Below are positions 11,601 to 26,600 of a DNA stretch of 64,000 nucleotides, piece after piece. The stretch covers positions 558,001 to 622,000 of the forward strand of contig NMRA01000166.1 of NCBI GenBank assembly GCA_002633005.1, written 5' to 3'. This DNA is from Phoronis australis (lineage: Eukaryota; Animalia; Phoronida). Positions within the stretch are counted from its first letter, which is position 1; the number at the start of each line of letters is the position of its first letter. The notes beneath the pieces are model-generated. The model ran no database searches. It was not told the origin of the DNA and worked only from the letters and a program-made list of their open reading frames with translations. A program made the position numbers and the translations under genes.

Positions 11601-14600
11601 AAACCAAAAGTATACTAATGAAGTGCAGCAGCGTAAACTTTGTTCCCAACATTTTACAATTTGTCTGACATGTGTTTTTTGTGAATTTTTGCCTGCTCTT
11701 TTTTCACTCTCCCATGTTGAAAAGTGTTCAACTCCTACATTTTACATGGTATTTCGATCAATGTTTGGTAAAGTTTTCTTACAAAGTATCTTAAAGCATA
11801 TTGTGAGTCAGGGACCCGTCTAGGATTTGAAAAACTGGGGTCCCAATTTGCTAGAATGACACTCACCATGTGCAGGGATTCCATACAAGGTCACCTAGTT
11901 GACTTCATAGGACAGGGAGGTATTCCTCTGAAAACGTATCTACCAACATTTGCCAAAGGTCTATATGACATGTATGATAAAAATAGATAGTAATAGTCTG
12001 TGATTTTGATTTGTCTGAATATTTATTGAACTAAAACAATGAATATTAAGTTTCAGTGCAATTTATCTGTTAGATATTAATGTTAAAATTCTTCGTTAAG
12101 CAGTCGTTTTCACCTAGCTCATCTTGAAACAGGCTGCCCTTTTTTCTGTCTTGGCCATGCTGTCCAAGCCTTGTTTTTTTTTAAACTGACCATCCCAATC
12201 ATGGCTATGATCACTGCTGCATGAGTCCCTGTTGTGGGTATTTGTAATTTAATTCTATTTACTTGAGTTTTGTCGTGTTCTTGATTTTCACCATCCGTGT
12301 ACGAAATTGCTCTTCTGTGCACAACTCCTACATTGCAAAGGGAACTTTAAACTTATATGTACTATGCCTGTAAAGTGCCGTAGTGCAATTTTACTGTATT
12401 TTCCTGAAGTTTGGCCAGATTATGAATTTTATCCATCCATGGAGAAAGTACGGGAATGCTCGTCTGTGCCCAACTCCTATATTCCAAGGGGATTTTTCAC
12501 CAAAGTTTTAAGAAGTATGCTTACAGGATGCCATAGCGCATACAAAAATGAAGTGGCGTTGTAGTATTTGACTTTATTCCTGAATTCTTTTTCAGTGTTT
12601 AAAAACACCAATTTCACATCAAAAATACCAAAAAATCATCCCACCAACCGATTAGGTGTCAAACTAGAACACCTACAACCATTATCCCAAAATATGGTAA
12701 TAAGTTGATATCAAGTTACAAGGATTTATTGGTCAATACATGCCATGTATTTATTGGTCAATACATGCCATGTATTTATTGGTCAATACATGCCATGTAT
12801 TTATTGGTCAATACGTGCCATGTATTTATTGGTCAATACGTGCCATGTATTTATTGGTCAATACATTCCATGTATTTATTGGTCAATACATGCCATGTAA
12901 AATTGATACCACCAATCAAGCACTCTTAGTCATCCTCTGTTGTGTTTCGTGTGAAAAATCGTCAAATATTGCTGATTGCTCTCCCGTGGTTTATGGTATA
13001 ATGAGAAATGGCGAAGCTCTGCCTTTGTGGTTGTTGTGACAACTAATTTGTTTTAATTTCCTTTTCTTACATGTGCTTATTGTGCTGTTTGGTCAGTGTT
13101 CATAATATATTGTTTAATACTGTACAGTGATGTGTTATTTGGGGTAATGTGTTATAATTTGAAAATTGAATATATCATTGGTTTTAGGGCTTGTTTTTGT
13201 GGACTTAATTTAAATTTTAATCTATGTTTGCTGTTCTAGCTGTCTTCCATATTCGGGGCGCTGGAGTGTATTCTGATACGCACAGCTGATGACCTGAAGA
13301 AGTTCTCCTCTGTGGCCCTGTCTATTGTACACAATGTTCTTACCCACCACATGGGGGCGCTGATGACATGTCTGAGGCAGAGCAATAAGTCGAGCCATAT
13401 CAAAGGTTTGTAACTAGTATTCGGGCTTCATCCTGAAATCTCTTTACAAGTATTGCCGATAGGTGGGTGCTATCTGATGGCTCCGTGGTTTCTCTGGTGG
13501 CTCCGTGGTCAGCGCACCCTTTGGGTCCTTCACGGAGTCTCCATAAGCTTTAATTTGTATTAATTGTATTTTTGTCTTAACATGAATAAAGTGTATTACT
13601 ACTACTACTGCTACTACTGCCGCTACTACCATGACTGCGGCGACTACTATTGCTGTGCACAAATGTCACTCAAGCTTACTGCATTTTCTCTTCAGATTTT
13701 CATTTTTTTTCTTTCCTATGGTGTTCACCAGCTCATGCATAATTTCTTCTAGTGTGCCTTTGATTTTTGTAGCACATGACTTTGATGAGATTTGGTGAGA
13801 TGTTAGAGGACTATCATTAATTTGTAGCATGAATAGCGTATTGGACTTCTTGAAATTTTATACCATTAAATTAATTAATTATTTGCAAAGCTTGTAAGTC
13901 GCAAATCATTTTCATGTTCTGAGACTGGATGCCATGTGTGACAATCATCCACTTGGCACAAACCCTTTTAATGAGCCTCTGTTAGGTTCAGATAGAATTT
14001 TGCAACATTTCACAACAAAATGCGAGATCTTTGCAGTGTCACAAAGCACATCAATTGCTAAAATATGGCCTGTCCTGCCACACTTTTATTGATAATGTGC
14101 CACATTTTGCTTCATTTTGCAGTAAAAGGTATGAAAATGATAAAAATATCTGTTCCCCATACCAGGAAGTTGTGATGTAGAGTACAATCCTGATAACTGC
14201 TCAATGTCTGAGAAGTTCACAGATTTTCTATCAAGGGATATTCCTGGACTGCGCCTTTCTGCCATTAGCTCATTAAAAAATGAAAAGGCTCAAGTATGCT
14301 GCAGCATTGTGACCCCCGGGTGCATCTTTTAAAACGCAACACTCTTCCAAAAATGCAAGATTCTAGTCAACTTGGGTAAAACACGATTGATCTTTTTTCA
14401 ATTGCCCTAGGGGTTTCTGTTTCATATGTTGCTGCTTTGATTGCACTAAGTCTGCTGGGCACACCTTTTTGAAAAAGGGAACTCTTTTTCATCAGGTGCA
14501 CTCAAAGGGTACTGGTTCTTATCTGGTCAGGAATATCCCTGTCAATCCCAGCTCAGTTACGTAACAGTTTGCCTTTGACTCGAGAAATGATACCGGAAAT

Positions 14601-17600
14601 AAGGAATAAAACTAATGTAATGGCCATTCAGCCAATTAGGCGCAATTTCTGCATGAGGCGATTTGCTTCCAGTGTCACACTTCCAGTTCTAAGGATTGTT
14701 AATATTGTTTGCATAAAAACTGACTCCAAGGATTCGAAAATTAATACTCGACTTCTGAATAAGCAAAATATGCCTTGATAATTAAGATAACATTCCGCTG
14801 TAAAGCCATTTTCAACCTCTGTTGATCTTACAAAATGCAATATTCACATATTGTTTGAAATTAATATGTTTTTATTTTTATTAGTACCCATAACATCACT
14901 GTTTGAAATGTGTTGTGCATGCACCAAATATGCGAGTTGTTTGGAACAACTTCAATTAATTATTTCAATTTTATGGCTAATCCATACGTCTGAATTTGTT
15001 GTTGTTTTGATTTTTGATGCTTTCAATAGTTTTGAACTTCGAAGCTCGATTTAAATGAAAGTTTATAAACTTATTTTATGATCTGTGACTCATGTAAGGA
15101 TTTCTTATATTTTTGACTATTCGAACAACCAAGATATAAACTGTCAAAATTGAACACTTGGTGCATTATGGTTTCCTACATATTTACAATAAAATAATTC
15201 TATATCATTGATTGAAACTCAGTTGAGGGTTTTATAAATTCAATTTTAAAAAATTCGTAATGTTCAAAAAATTACAGTCACGTGATCGTAAATGATTGTG
15301 CGATATTTTATTAAAGCATGAGTTGAGTGTTTTCGAAAATACATGCTTTTATGAACTGAAAATGGACAGTTAAAAGTTCTGAAGAAGTCCACTTGCCATG
15401 CCGACCTTGCATTTGTTAGAGGGGTTCAGTTTGCCCAGAGTTGGTATGTGGGGCATGGAACAGGATTTGTTGTAAATGGTAGGAGAGTCATTACAGAGTT
15501 GTAAAAAAATATTGTGTTAATGGAAGGAAGATAGGAAGATTGTTTTTGTTGTCCACAGCTGCTCTAAAGTTACTGAGCTCAATGGTTGCACAAGGTGAAA
15601 AGTGCGCTTCCGATGTCCAAAAGCAGTTTGACTTCAAGAACCCCAACATACCAGGCTTGTTGAAAAGAAGGGATATCAAGGTATTTGGAGGAGTTATTGT
15701 ACATCTATCTAGTGCATGCCAAAAGTATTTGCAGAAAATAATGCAGAATTCCCCCATATGTCAACGTCGTCCATCATTAGCGAGAGTGACAGTGAATGTA
15801 ATGAACAGTTAACAGTGGAAACTGTTCCAGAGTTGGGATTTAGCTGCAGTGCTTAGTAATGACTTGTGGCCTGCTGTAACCAGATATAGCTGTCATGGTG
15901 AGAAAACATTTGTTGTCCAATAATATTAGACATGTTGTGTTGAATAGCAGTGAGTTAACAGGTGTGTTGTAAATGGTTAGTAGTCTTTTTATAAGTGAAA
16001 TGGAATTTTGTCAATGGTTTTTAAAGCCGTTCTATTAAGATTCTGTCTGGCCGCAAAAGTTCAGACTGTTTGAAAGTTAACTTTTTAAAGCTCCTGTTAC
16101 AAGTCTATGAAACATAAATATTGTTTTTTGTTAGAGAAGGCAGGTTTATCGCTGCTTTAAGGTAAAATATGTTTGTTATGATTTCACACGTCTAAAGCAG
16201 TGTCTATGAGCTTCAATGTAAACAAACTTTAAAAGTGGAAATTTTGAAAATTTGTTTAAGACCTCGTTATAGGATCATGCATGTTTGCCATAATACTCAT
16301 CTTAATTTGTTGTGATCCTGTGTTGTTCACTCGCAGTCTTGCTTAAATCTTGATAATTGTTTATACACTTGAAAACGCCTTTCATTCTCACTAGTGATCC
16401 TGCTCAAGAAAAGCTGTGTTCTTTCAGGATCCACAGGATGTACGCACATGTCTACTCCATTTCATTATGTCTTTCCTGGTCTATGGTGACAATCTAGTCA
16501 TACGGACGTTGGTGGAACAAAAAGGTCAGTTTTTGTTTGAAAGGTGACAGGGAGCTATTTTCAAGAAAAAAAATTAATGTTTTCCAATTAGATATTTTGT
16601 AAAACTAAACATAAATCCCTTCACAAACAATCAAACACTGTGGATTGTTGCTAAAGTAACTTGGGCTTTTGTTGCACAACCTGTTGAGCCTTTTGATTCC
16701 TCAGACATTGTTGGATGTATTTGTTTGTACAGCTTAGTTAACTGGAACGGTACAGTTTATTGTATTGCTAAAGACAAATTTTATGTAATAAATATTTTGC
16801 AGCAGCCAAGGATTGAACTCACAATCTAACGGTTGAGAGTCTACTGCTCTCATAAGTGAACACTGCACTAACATGGGTTATGAAGTTATTTTTATTATTA
16901 TGTTTAGATTGTGGAAGCAATGTCTTTTCAGGGCAGTGATTGGTACAATGCTTTTTGCAGGTTTTTTGAATGGAATATTTGCGGGAATGTGTTATGATAG
17001 AGTGGACATACTGCAAGTAATTCTGGAGACACTTTCAGAAAAAGTAGGTACTTGACCACAAGAGATGTTTTTTCTTGTGATTCCCTGGAAAATACTTCAT
17101 TTTGAGCCTAATCTGTTTTGTGATTGATTGAGATGTGTTGAGTTGCACAGTTTGTTTACAGGTCAAATAAGTAGAAAAATTTGTAGTCAGTTGAACGTGA
17201 TGGCATTCATTAATTTGGAATGTCTCTTGTCTGTATTTTATACAGTATGATCTAAAAGAAAACAGATGTAGGAGCCATAGGCTTTGAACACACAGAATAG
17301 TCGGATATGATGCGTTTATTTACAAACTGAGATAACGTTGAATGCATACTGTCAGTGCAAAAAGGCCGGTTTCACTGAAACAAATTAATACAATGGAATA
17401 ATAAGTCTCGGGATATACGTTCACGTACAATAAAGATACACGGTAATATAGCATGTCTTAGAGCTGTTCCAGTAAAATCCGTGTGGGAGGGGGGGACGGC
17501 AGCGGAGATAAAAATTCATGGGTGGTGGTCTTCAGAAAAAAACTCAAATTATGGGTGGTCGTTCCTGTAAGAGGTAATGCATTAAAAATGGGTGGTATTT

Positions 17601-20600
17601 TTTTACCTGTTAATGTTGACAGGTTGGTTACTTCAGCCGTCAAAACTCAAAACAATGCAATTGGCATATACCCTAACTTATCCCAATACAAAAAAGCCCA
17701 TATTGATAGTGCACAGATTGCAATATGTTCACTAAGCCATTAATCAAGTCATGGGCAACTTGATTTGAGCCAACTGTTTGTCTGCAGTCCTATTGAATTG
17801 AAAAGTTGTGCAACACTAAACTGGTGTTAACACATATGAGAAAATTGATGATTTTTAAATAAAAAGTATGAGAAGTAAGATAAACAAGTTCCAATATTCA
17901 CTTGACATAGAAGTATAAAAGAGTTCATGGAGACAGTCTGAGATTCATAAATCCTTATAATTGAAAACATGTTCATTGAAATTGTAGACACATGGTGAAC
18001 AGAGACACCTGGTGGCTGCCAAAAGTATTGCTCACAGGCTACTTTAGTTTTTGACAATATTGGACAAGACAACTAGTTCTTGTCTGTCAATCATCTAAGT
18101 TCTTAACAGGTCCTCATGTAGGCAATTTGTTTGCAATTGTTGGAATTAATATTTTAACCTATTAAAAATAATTGAAAAATTATGTGTCATGGGTTGGAGA
18201 AATAAATGAAAAATATGGGCGGTGGGTATGAAATAAAAGTGCCTTCCCCCCTCTCATACAGATTTTGCTGAAACAGCCCTTATACAATAGGAGAAACAGC
18301 CAGTGAATTCTACGGTAATAAGAAAAAACAAAAATAGCATGAACTTTCAATGATATTGACTCTGGGCTCCATGAAGAAAAAATATTGTTAGCGTTAGATT
18401 AGCGGTACATGGTAAGAAGGCCGCATAGTACCGGAACGTCACTTATATAAGAAGCTTTAGCCAATTTACACATGTAACATTTCGCAACGTTACGCACTAC
18501 GAAATCAAATAGTGCATCAACAACAGACCAGCAACCCGTTATTTCCAACTGTATAGTTGCTTTCTTTAAAAAACTACAACTTTTACGACTTGCTGTCATA
18601 AAACTGGTCTCAATATATATTTTGTTCCTTCCTGTGATTAGATGAGACTACTAAGCTTGTGAACAACTTGCAGTTCATTTATTGCTTGAGGATAGGATCC
18701 ACAAGAGGTCACTTCGCTAGCCTAGCTAGCCAAGTATGCTCTCAACCAATATAATTTTAGTTCTCACTTAGCCTAGAAATCGCTTTTGATTTGAGTTCGG
18801 AACAAGCTGAGACAAGTTTCATAACAGTAAGTTGCCTAAATCTTCAGTAAACTTAAAAGTCTTTTTGAAGCAGCTTTGAGTCCTTTTTTATGCGCCCACA
18901 TATTTATATGTGGACGCATTATGCCGTCATCTCTGTCCGTCCGTCCGTCCGTCCGTCCGTCCATGCGGCGTCCGTCCGGCGTCCGCTGCTCTATCTCCAA
19001 AACCCTTTGACATACGTTCATGAAATTTGGCACATATGTTCCATTTATGAATGGGACGGCATGTGCGAACTTTCGGACGGATCTGACTACCGGTGTGCCC
19101 CCTAGTGGCAATTTTAGTTTTTTACGCTTACCTTTGTATCTTCAAAAGTCCTGAACGGATTTTCATGAAATTTGGTATGTAGGCACCTAGTAGTGAGATG
19201 ACGCTATCCTGNNNNNNNNNNNNNNNNNNNNNNNNNNNNNNNNNNNNNNNNNNNNNNNNNNNNNNNNNNNNNNNNNNNNNNNNNNNNNNNNNNNNNNNNN
19301 NNNNNNNNNNNNNNNNNNNNNNNNNNNNNNNNNNNNNNNNNNNNNNNNNNNNNNNNNNNNNNNNNNNNNNNNNNNNNNNNNNNNNNNNNNNNNNNNNNNN
19401 NNNNNNNNNNNNNNNNNNNNNNNNNNNNNNNNNNNNNNNNNNNNNNNNNNNNNNNNNNNNNNNNNNNNNNNNNNNNNNNNNNNNNNNNNNNNNNNNNNNN
19501 NNNNNNNNNNNNNNNNNNNNNNNNNNNNNNNNNNNNNNNNNNNNNNNNNNNNNNNNNNNNNNNNNNNNNNNNNNNNNNNNNNNNNNNNNNNNNNNNNNNN
19601 NNNNNNNNNNNNNNNNNNNNNNNNNNNNNNNNNNNNNNNNNNNNNNNNNNNNNNNNNNNNNNNNNNNNNNNNNNNNNNNNNNNNNNNNNNNNNNNNNNNN
19701 NNNNNNNNNNNNNNNNNNNNNNNNNNNNNNNNNNNNNNNNNNNNNNNNNNNNNNNNNNNNNNNNNNNNNNNNNNNNNNNNNNNNNNNNNNNNNNNNNNNN
19801 NNNNNNNNNNNNNNNNNNNNNNNNNNNNNNNNNNNNNNNNNNNNNNNNNNNNNNNNNNNNNNNNNNNNNNNNNNNNNNNNNNNNNNNNNNNNNNNNNNNN
19901 NNNNNNNNNNNNNNNNNNNNNNNNNNNNNNNNNNNNNNNNNNNNNNNNNNNNNNNNNNNNNNNNNNNNNNNNNNNNNNNNNNNNNNNNNNNNNNNNNNNN
20001 NNNNNNNNNNNNNNNNNNNNNNNTATGTTGGTAAATTTGTTTTTAATTTTATGTTTCTGTGGTGCTTTAAGCAACTGGTGTATAGGATGTGCTTGTATTA
20101 TGAAGATTACTCACATTTTGCCCCTAGCCTATTGAGGAGACAATGACCATGCCTTTCCATTTTGCAAAGTATGCCCTCTACTGGCCACTTTATGGTACCA
20201 ATAAACAACCCTAGAAGGATACCGTATGCGGTGCAATTGTGGGCGCATTTCAACGCTCCGCGTTGCTCTTGTCTAGTTTGGAGTCTTTTTGTGTATTATT
20301 GTTTTTTAGATGCAAGTTTCCTTCAGTGCTGTAGTAAAGTCTCACCAATTTTGGATGAGAATAATTGTGCCAAAATTTCCGTTTCTTCATTTTCAAGATC
20401 TTAGAACACTGCAGTGTATGCTCAATATATTGTATGTTGGTAGCAATGGTAACAGAACTTCAATGTGACAAACAATTATTTTGCTACCACTTACCTTTTC
20501 CGGAAAGTGAAAAAAGTAAAACTTCATTTGTATTCCGTATTGTGTCCAAAAATTGGTGAGATACGTGGACAAATTTTCTGACATGGATCATACTTCAAGC

Positions 20601-23600
20601 TATGTCATTTTTGGTCAATTTCGTGCAACCCTTTAAGGAATTAACTGGTAGCGATAAACTTTGTCCTTTCCAGGTTGTTCAGAATCCCACTGTGAGTAAG
20701 ACCTTAAAAATCCGTCTGTTCAACGAGACAACGATCAAGAGCCTCATTCAGTTGTACAGTTGGAAGGGCCCGAAAAAATGGCAAGAACTTAAGAAGAGCA
20801 CCATTAAGGAAGTAGAGGTGTACATTAGTTTAATGCTCACATGGTATATTTTGAGATTAACACCGTTTTATTCAAGGATGGTTTAGTTTATTGAAAAAAT
20901 GGGTTGTGTGCATGAGATTATATTTGTTGCAGGTTAAATAGTTAGACTGCCTTAGAGAAGCAAGAGATACTTGGCAAAGAATCATTGATAATTATTTGCC
21001 AACTTTGTCAAACACAGAATGAGATAAGTTGAAACTGTTTTCAAGCATACAACCACTTTTAATGAGAGAAATAGGAAGTTAGAATATTTAGTGTCAGGAA
21101 GTAAGTAGCACTATTCCTTACTTCATTCAAAACAAAGATAAAGTCTGCAATTACTTGTGTGGTAAAATAGCTAAGTAATATTGATAGTGTTTCATGTCTT
21201 CAGTTAAAGTATTGCCTTTGTTTCCCATGATCATTCAGACATCCAGTCAAGAAGGCTTGACCACAGTCCAGTCTTTGGCTCACAACTTCCTGCTAGAGGT
21301 TTGCTGCTCCCACAAGTTTGGCATCACCTTCACTGACAAGTCCTATGGCACTTCCTCCAAGTATGTATATTTGTGGTGTTAGTATTTAAGGTACACAGCT
21401 AATATCTCTATGTACTTTCATTCACGTCTTGAGATTTTCTATTTTTTTGCTGTTGCCTGAGCTTGAGATTTTCGAGTAATATTGTGCCTACACATCTGGG
21501 GTCTATTTCAACTATTTCTGATGTGTAATTAAATCTCACTTTAGCAAAAGTATATATTTGTCTGAATAAATTACTCATATCTGTGAGATACTGTATATTA
21601 TCTTTAAACTGATGACACGCTCATAGTTATTTGACTAAACTTGTATTCAGGAATTGTGAGATTACGACCAAATTTTTGTCTTAAGTAATTTATTCAGAAA
21701 AGTCACTTTTCATGAAGCAGATCCCAGAGCTCCTAAATAATGGGGGTATTGGGAGCCACAGTATGTATTTCAAAGTTGGGTAGTGCTTGGTATTGATTTT
21801 CCATTTGTCAGAAGAAATAATTCTGAAATACAAAATAGGACGAATCTGCCTACTTTTCCATACCTAATTAATATACTTTGTGCTCCATGAATTTCATATG
21901 ACTGGACAAGTGTATTTTTGGCATTTTGAAGATGGTCTTTCTGCTTTTTCAGATAAAAAGATTCATGAAAGCGATTCGGCTGCCAGCCAGTCTTAGTCTA
22001 AACTCTCTTATTCCCAAATTATGGTGTTTCAGTGTCATACTAGTAATAAAATGTTTGCAAAATAAATAGAACAGAATTTCTGGTGGTACACCAACAAAAT
22101 GAATGAACGACATTGATCTGAACTTTTTATGATTTGCCAGTAAAAACGCAAATATAAGCGCGACTGTAATTCTTATTTTAGTGAGAAGTCTCTTGATTTT
22201 ATGGGTCTCTATCTGTATTCTAAATTTTTGAAAACAAAGGAAAATGTTTTTAAAGCATCTTCTACTTGTTATATCTTTGCTTTGAAGTTGCAGGACTTCG
22301 GGCTTACAGAAAGCATTAATTGCAGTCTCATTTTAACTAACTCTGTGACAAGGTTGATGAGATTGATTTGCTTTACAAATAATTAACTTGCTCTGAGAGT
22401 AGACTACTAAAACTAATTTACAGATATTCATTCGTTTGGACAAAATCATTTAAGACAAATCTGTACTTCATTTGCCTCTGACAATGGGATATCAGCATAC
22501 TACAATGGGATATCAGCGTATTACAATGGGATATCAGCGTACTACAATGGGATATCAGCATACTACAATGGGATATCAGCATACTACAATGGGATATCGG
22601 CATACTACAATTGATTTCAAAGGTTATTTTTCTTTTACCAGGAACATGAACCACGTCCTCACCTCTATTCTGCAAGCTCTTCCTGTCCCCACGGAGTGCC
22701 ATCTTGTGGCTGATCTAGCCACTCAAATCCTGCGAGCGTGTCCAGACCAACTCGGGCGATACTTGACACAGAAACAGCACTCATTCAACCCCCGGCACTC
22801 AGACCCCTGGTTTAAATTCATGGACTTCTTGACACAGGTAAGTGATATTTATTACAGTTCAAGACAAAAGTAATCAGACAAAATAACGTTTCCCCATTAA
22901 GACGGCTAATTTTGTCAACAGCATACCGTGGGTACAAAACTCTAATTACAGTTGTGCTTGTCCATTCTCATTCTTGGTTCTAATTATATTCTACTCTAGC
23001 AATGAATTTGAGTTCCTCCCAACTGTCATTAGCGGGGTTCCGGGTTATTTTTTTGAATATTTTTGGCGTGTATTGTAAATGTTCGACTGTTTTTTGATTC
23101 AGCTGAATGTAACGGCATAGCACTATTGAAGTGGTCTTGTATTTTACCTGGGCGAGTTTTCTGATTGCAACCAGTCAACAGAATGAAACAGTGTTCATAT
23201 TGATTTCATGGATGTCTAGTGCTATGTTTTCCTGGCAGTATGTTAGCAGGAGCTAGATTGGCAATAAAATTTGTGTAGTTTGCTTTTCAAACCTTGTGTT
23301 ATGTAAACGAGGTCATCGCAAAGTGCCAGGCCAGCAACTAGCATGGCTTCACCATGTACATGGTTTGCATTTTTATGGCCGTTGACGCCAACCATTTCCT
23401 GTCCACGGCAGATCATACAATGGGTAAATCCCACTCAATTGAGCTGTAGTTTAATCTAGTATAATCCAACAATACTTCCCAAAGACGAATAAGTGTGGCA
23501 ACTTTTGTATACTAATAAACTGTCAACAGTTATCTTCAGTGAGTCATACAAACAAAGCTGGTGAAAAATTATTTGGGCCGCGAATCTCATTTCCGGAGTG

Positions 23601-26600
23601 ACATATGCATATTTAGTCAGAACTTGGGGAATGAAATTAACTTGAACATTTATTTAGGATATTAACCAGAAAACGTAGCTTAACCAAAAATGACAGTGAA
23701 AATGGTTCCCTTCCCTGTTCAGACCTCTGTTGTGTAAATCAATATTAAGAGTTTTTTGACAGAAAAAACTTTATTTTCACTTCCTCTCCTTATAGATTTT
23801 CGAGACTCAGCCATCTGTACCTCCAGCGCTGACCCACAGTGACCATTCAGATGATGTGCATAAAGTAGTGATCATGTCTCTGGTCACTTCTTGTCCACCG
23901 CCACCAGTCATGAGCCATGTTAGGAATGCTGTCAGGGTAATGTGTCACATTGAGTATGGCATTATGTCAAATGCTTAAGTTTGAGATTCATTGAACCTTG
24001 GTTCACAGCATCTCGGAGGAAGGGTGTTTCTATGATGTTGTGTATTAGTCTATTGTATAAGCTAATTATGGTGAAGTTCAAAAATATCACATTGAACTTA
24101 ATAATAACTTAGTCTGTTGAGCTAATTACAGTTATTAGGAAGCAGGAGCCTGTTTCTATACCTCATTGTGTTGTAGATTTAAAAATATGTTAAGGTTATG
24201 TTCAAATTTGATCAACGTAAGAACATCATGTCTCAGAAATGGCTGATTGACTTGATTTTAAACTTTCAGGTACTCTAAAATTGCCTAAAATGAAAACAAA
24301 ATGATATTCTAGAAATTTGTAACAGCATGGTCTCATCTTGAACATTTACGTCTAAGGGCTGTTCCAGTAAAATCTGTATGGGGGGAAGGCACCTTTTTTT
24401 CGCACCCACCACCCAAATTTTTCATTTATTTCTTCAGCCTACCACCCGTAATTTTTTGTAAGTTTGAAATGCAACCACCCGTAATTTTTTTTTGTTCTTG
24501 TGGTTGACTGCACAGGCGCTTGAGTTTATCTGTTCCTCCATCACCACTAACGTAATTCATTACTAAGAAAACATATGTTTCTTATATATGGTTATTAGCC
24601 ATCGAGAAATTCGAGCACCTGTGGTTAAATGGTGTTATGGGCATGCCGATGAGGAGATCGGAGGGAGTGAAAAAGTCGGAGCTTTTTGCAAGTTGCATTT
24701 TTGTTTCAGTTTTTGATTCTGTGTGGATTGTTTATAAAATTTACTAAAATTACCCACCATCAAACATTTATGGCCCAATGAAACAACAACGACCTGTAAA
24801 TTTTTATTTTTTTTTGAAGTACGACCACCAGCCATTTTGAATTTAAATCAAACGCAACCACCCCTAAATTTTTATTTCAGTTGCCTCCCCCCCTCCCGCA
24901 CAGATTTTGCTGGAACAGCCCTAATAGAATTTGATCAATGGGCACCTAATTGATGTCATTGTTTTGGGATCCATGTGCCTTTCTTCTTGCTAAATTTTAA
25001 TAAAAAGACATCAAATAACCCAAGTAATGACAGATTGGCGAAAAGTTATGAATAAAATTCTACAGATTTTCTACTTTCAGAAAATATTATAAAAAAAATG
25101 TTCTTTTAGTTTTGTACCTATTTGGGTAAGTACACAGACTCGTCAATAAGGTCCTATGGGGATTTTNTGACAACTACAAAACACCTACAGATTTTTATTA
25201 CAAGTTAGTTCCTTGCTGGTATTCCATTCATTTTTGATGCCCAGAGAAGGAAAATAGAGATTATTTTCTTGTTTTAGTCACAAATTAAATGCTATTTTTG
25301 TTTCTGTTTGTTTTTAAGTTTGTTTTAAGCAGTTTGAAAACCTTGTCTAAATTTTTTAATTAGAAGTTGAATAATGCTAAGAATGACATCTTGCAGGTTT
25401 TAATATAGTTTTGTCACCTGTTTTCTGTTCTGACTTTATTTTTCAATTCTAGAATGCAGATGTTGCTGTACGCCACACAGCCCTTGGTTTGGTCACTGTT
25501 ATATTGAACAAGGTGAAAGCAATATTGGAGTACTGCAGTGAACGGAGGGAAGGTAAACCTGCAAGTCGTTTCACAGATTTTGCTTTGCACTTTCAAGAGT
25601 CTCTCTCCAGGGTAAGTCTACAGGCAAATAAGATTTCAATAAAACAGAAAATGTCTGCATCTAGTTTTGGTAAATTATCCACAAATAATTAACTTATTAT
25701 TAATAAATGCTCCTACAGTCTGCCATTGTATTGCACTTAATTCACATATTCAATGACATTTTCTGTTGTTATTCATATTTCCTGGTAAGAGGAACGTCTA
25801 GTTAAGTTTCATTCATGCTGAGCTCAAAACTTCCCTGCTTGTTAACATGCCTGTACTGCAGAGGTGGTGATTTCATAAATAATTTTACTTTCAGATTTTG
25901 CCTGACATGCTGTCTCTAAGCTTCTGTTGGTCCGCGATCTTGAGAACTGAAAAAGAAACTAATTGTAAGTAATAATTTATATTCATTTATTTCAAAAATA
26001 TAATGCACAGTAATTGGAGTTAAGCGCAGAAAGCATTTAAAAACATTATATCTGGGCATCAATAAAGTTTCTCTCATATACGTACATTAGTATAATATAC
26101 ACACAAATGCATATATTTACATATTTTACAACACATTTGATTTGTTTATCACACCACTGATAGATGTGTTTAAAATTTCCAGTGCCATCTGTTGAAGAGT
26201 ATGTGAGTCGCGTGCTTGAAGTGCTGTGCTTATATCAGCGTCTATTGCCCTCTGCCTACAATGACCACCCAATAGACTATGCCAGCCTCCTGCAAGGCAT
26301 TCAGTCTCTCGCTGTTGATGGCAACACTCTATCCCTACTGCAAATCTACGTGTTACAACTGTTGGCTGAGTCTGATGCCAGTCGACTGTCTTTTGCAAGA
26401 GAGGTTAGCTGAAGTCTTGACATATGTATTCTCCCTTGAAGACTTTCATTTCACTCACTGTCTGAAATGCCAGTTAAAAAGTACCAGGTTATCAAAAATG
26501 CAAGATATTTTTCAAATGCTTCCGTTCAGAATGATTTACATTCTAAGACAGATCATCTTCGGCGTGAGCAAAGTGTCAAAAAGCCATAATCACTTTTGAT

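Noticed and set aside
12724-12898. Regular direct repeats resembling a CRISPR array (also 22481-22611 and 35986-36137)
   Set aside because: The units are head-to-tail with no unique spacers, there are no cas genes, and the context is a eukaryotic intron; these are minisatellites.
19187-20074. Long ORFs of 278-295 aa (and the ORFs at 59205-59744)
   Set aside because: They consist of X residues from assembly gaps.
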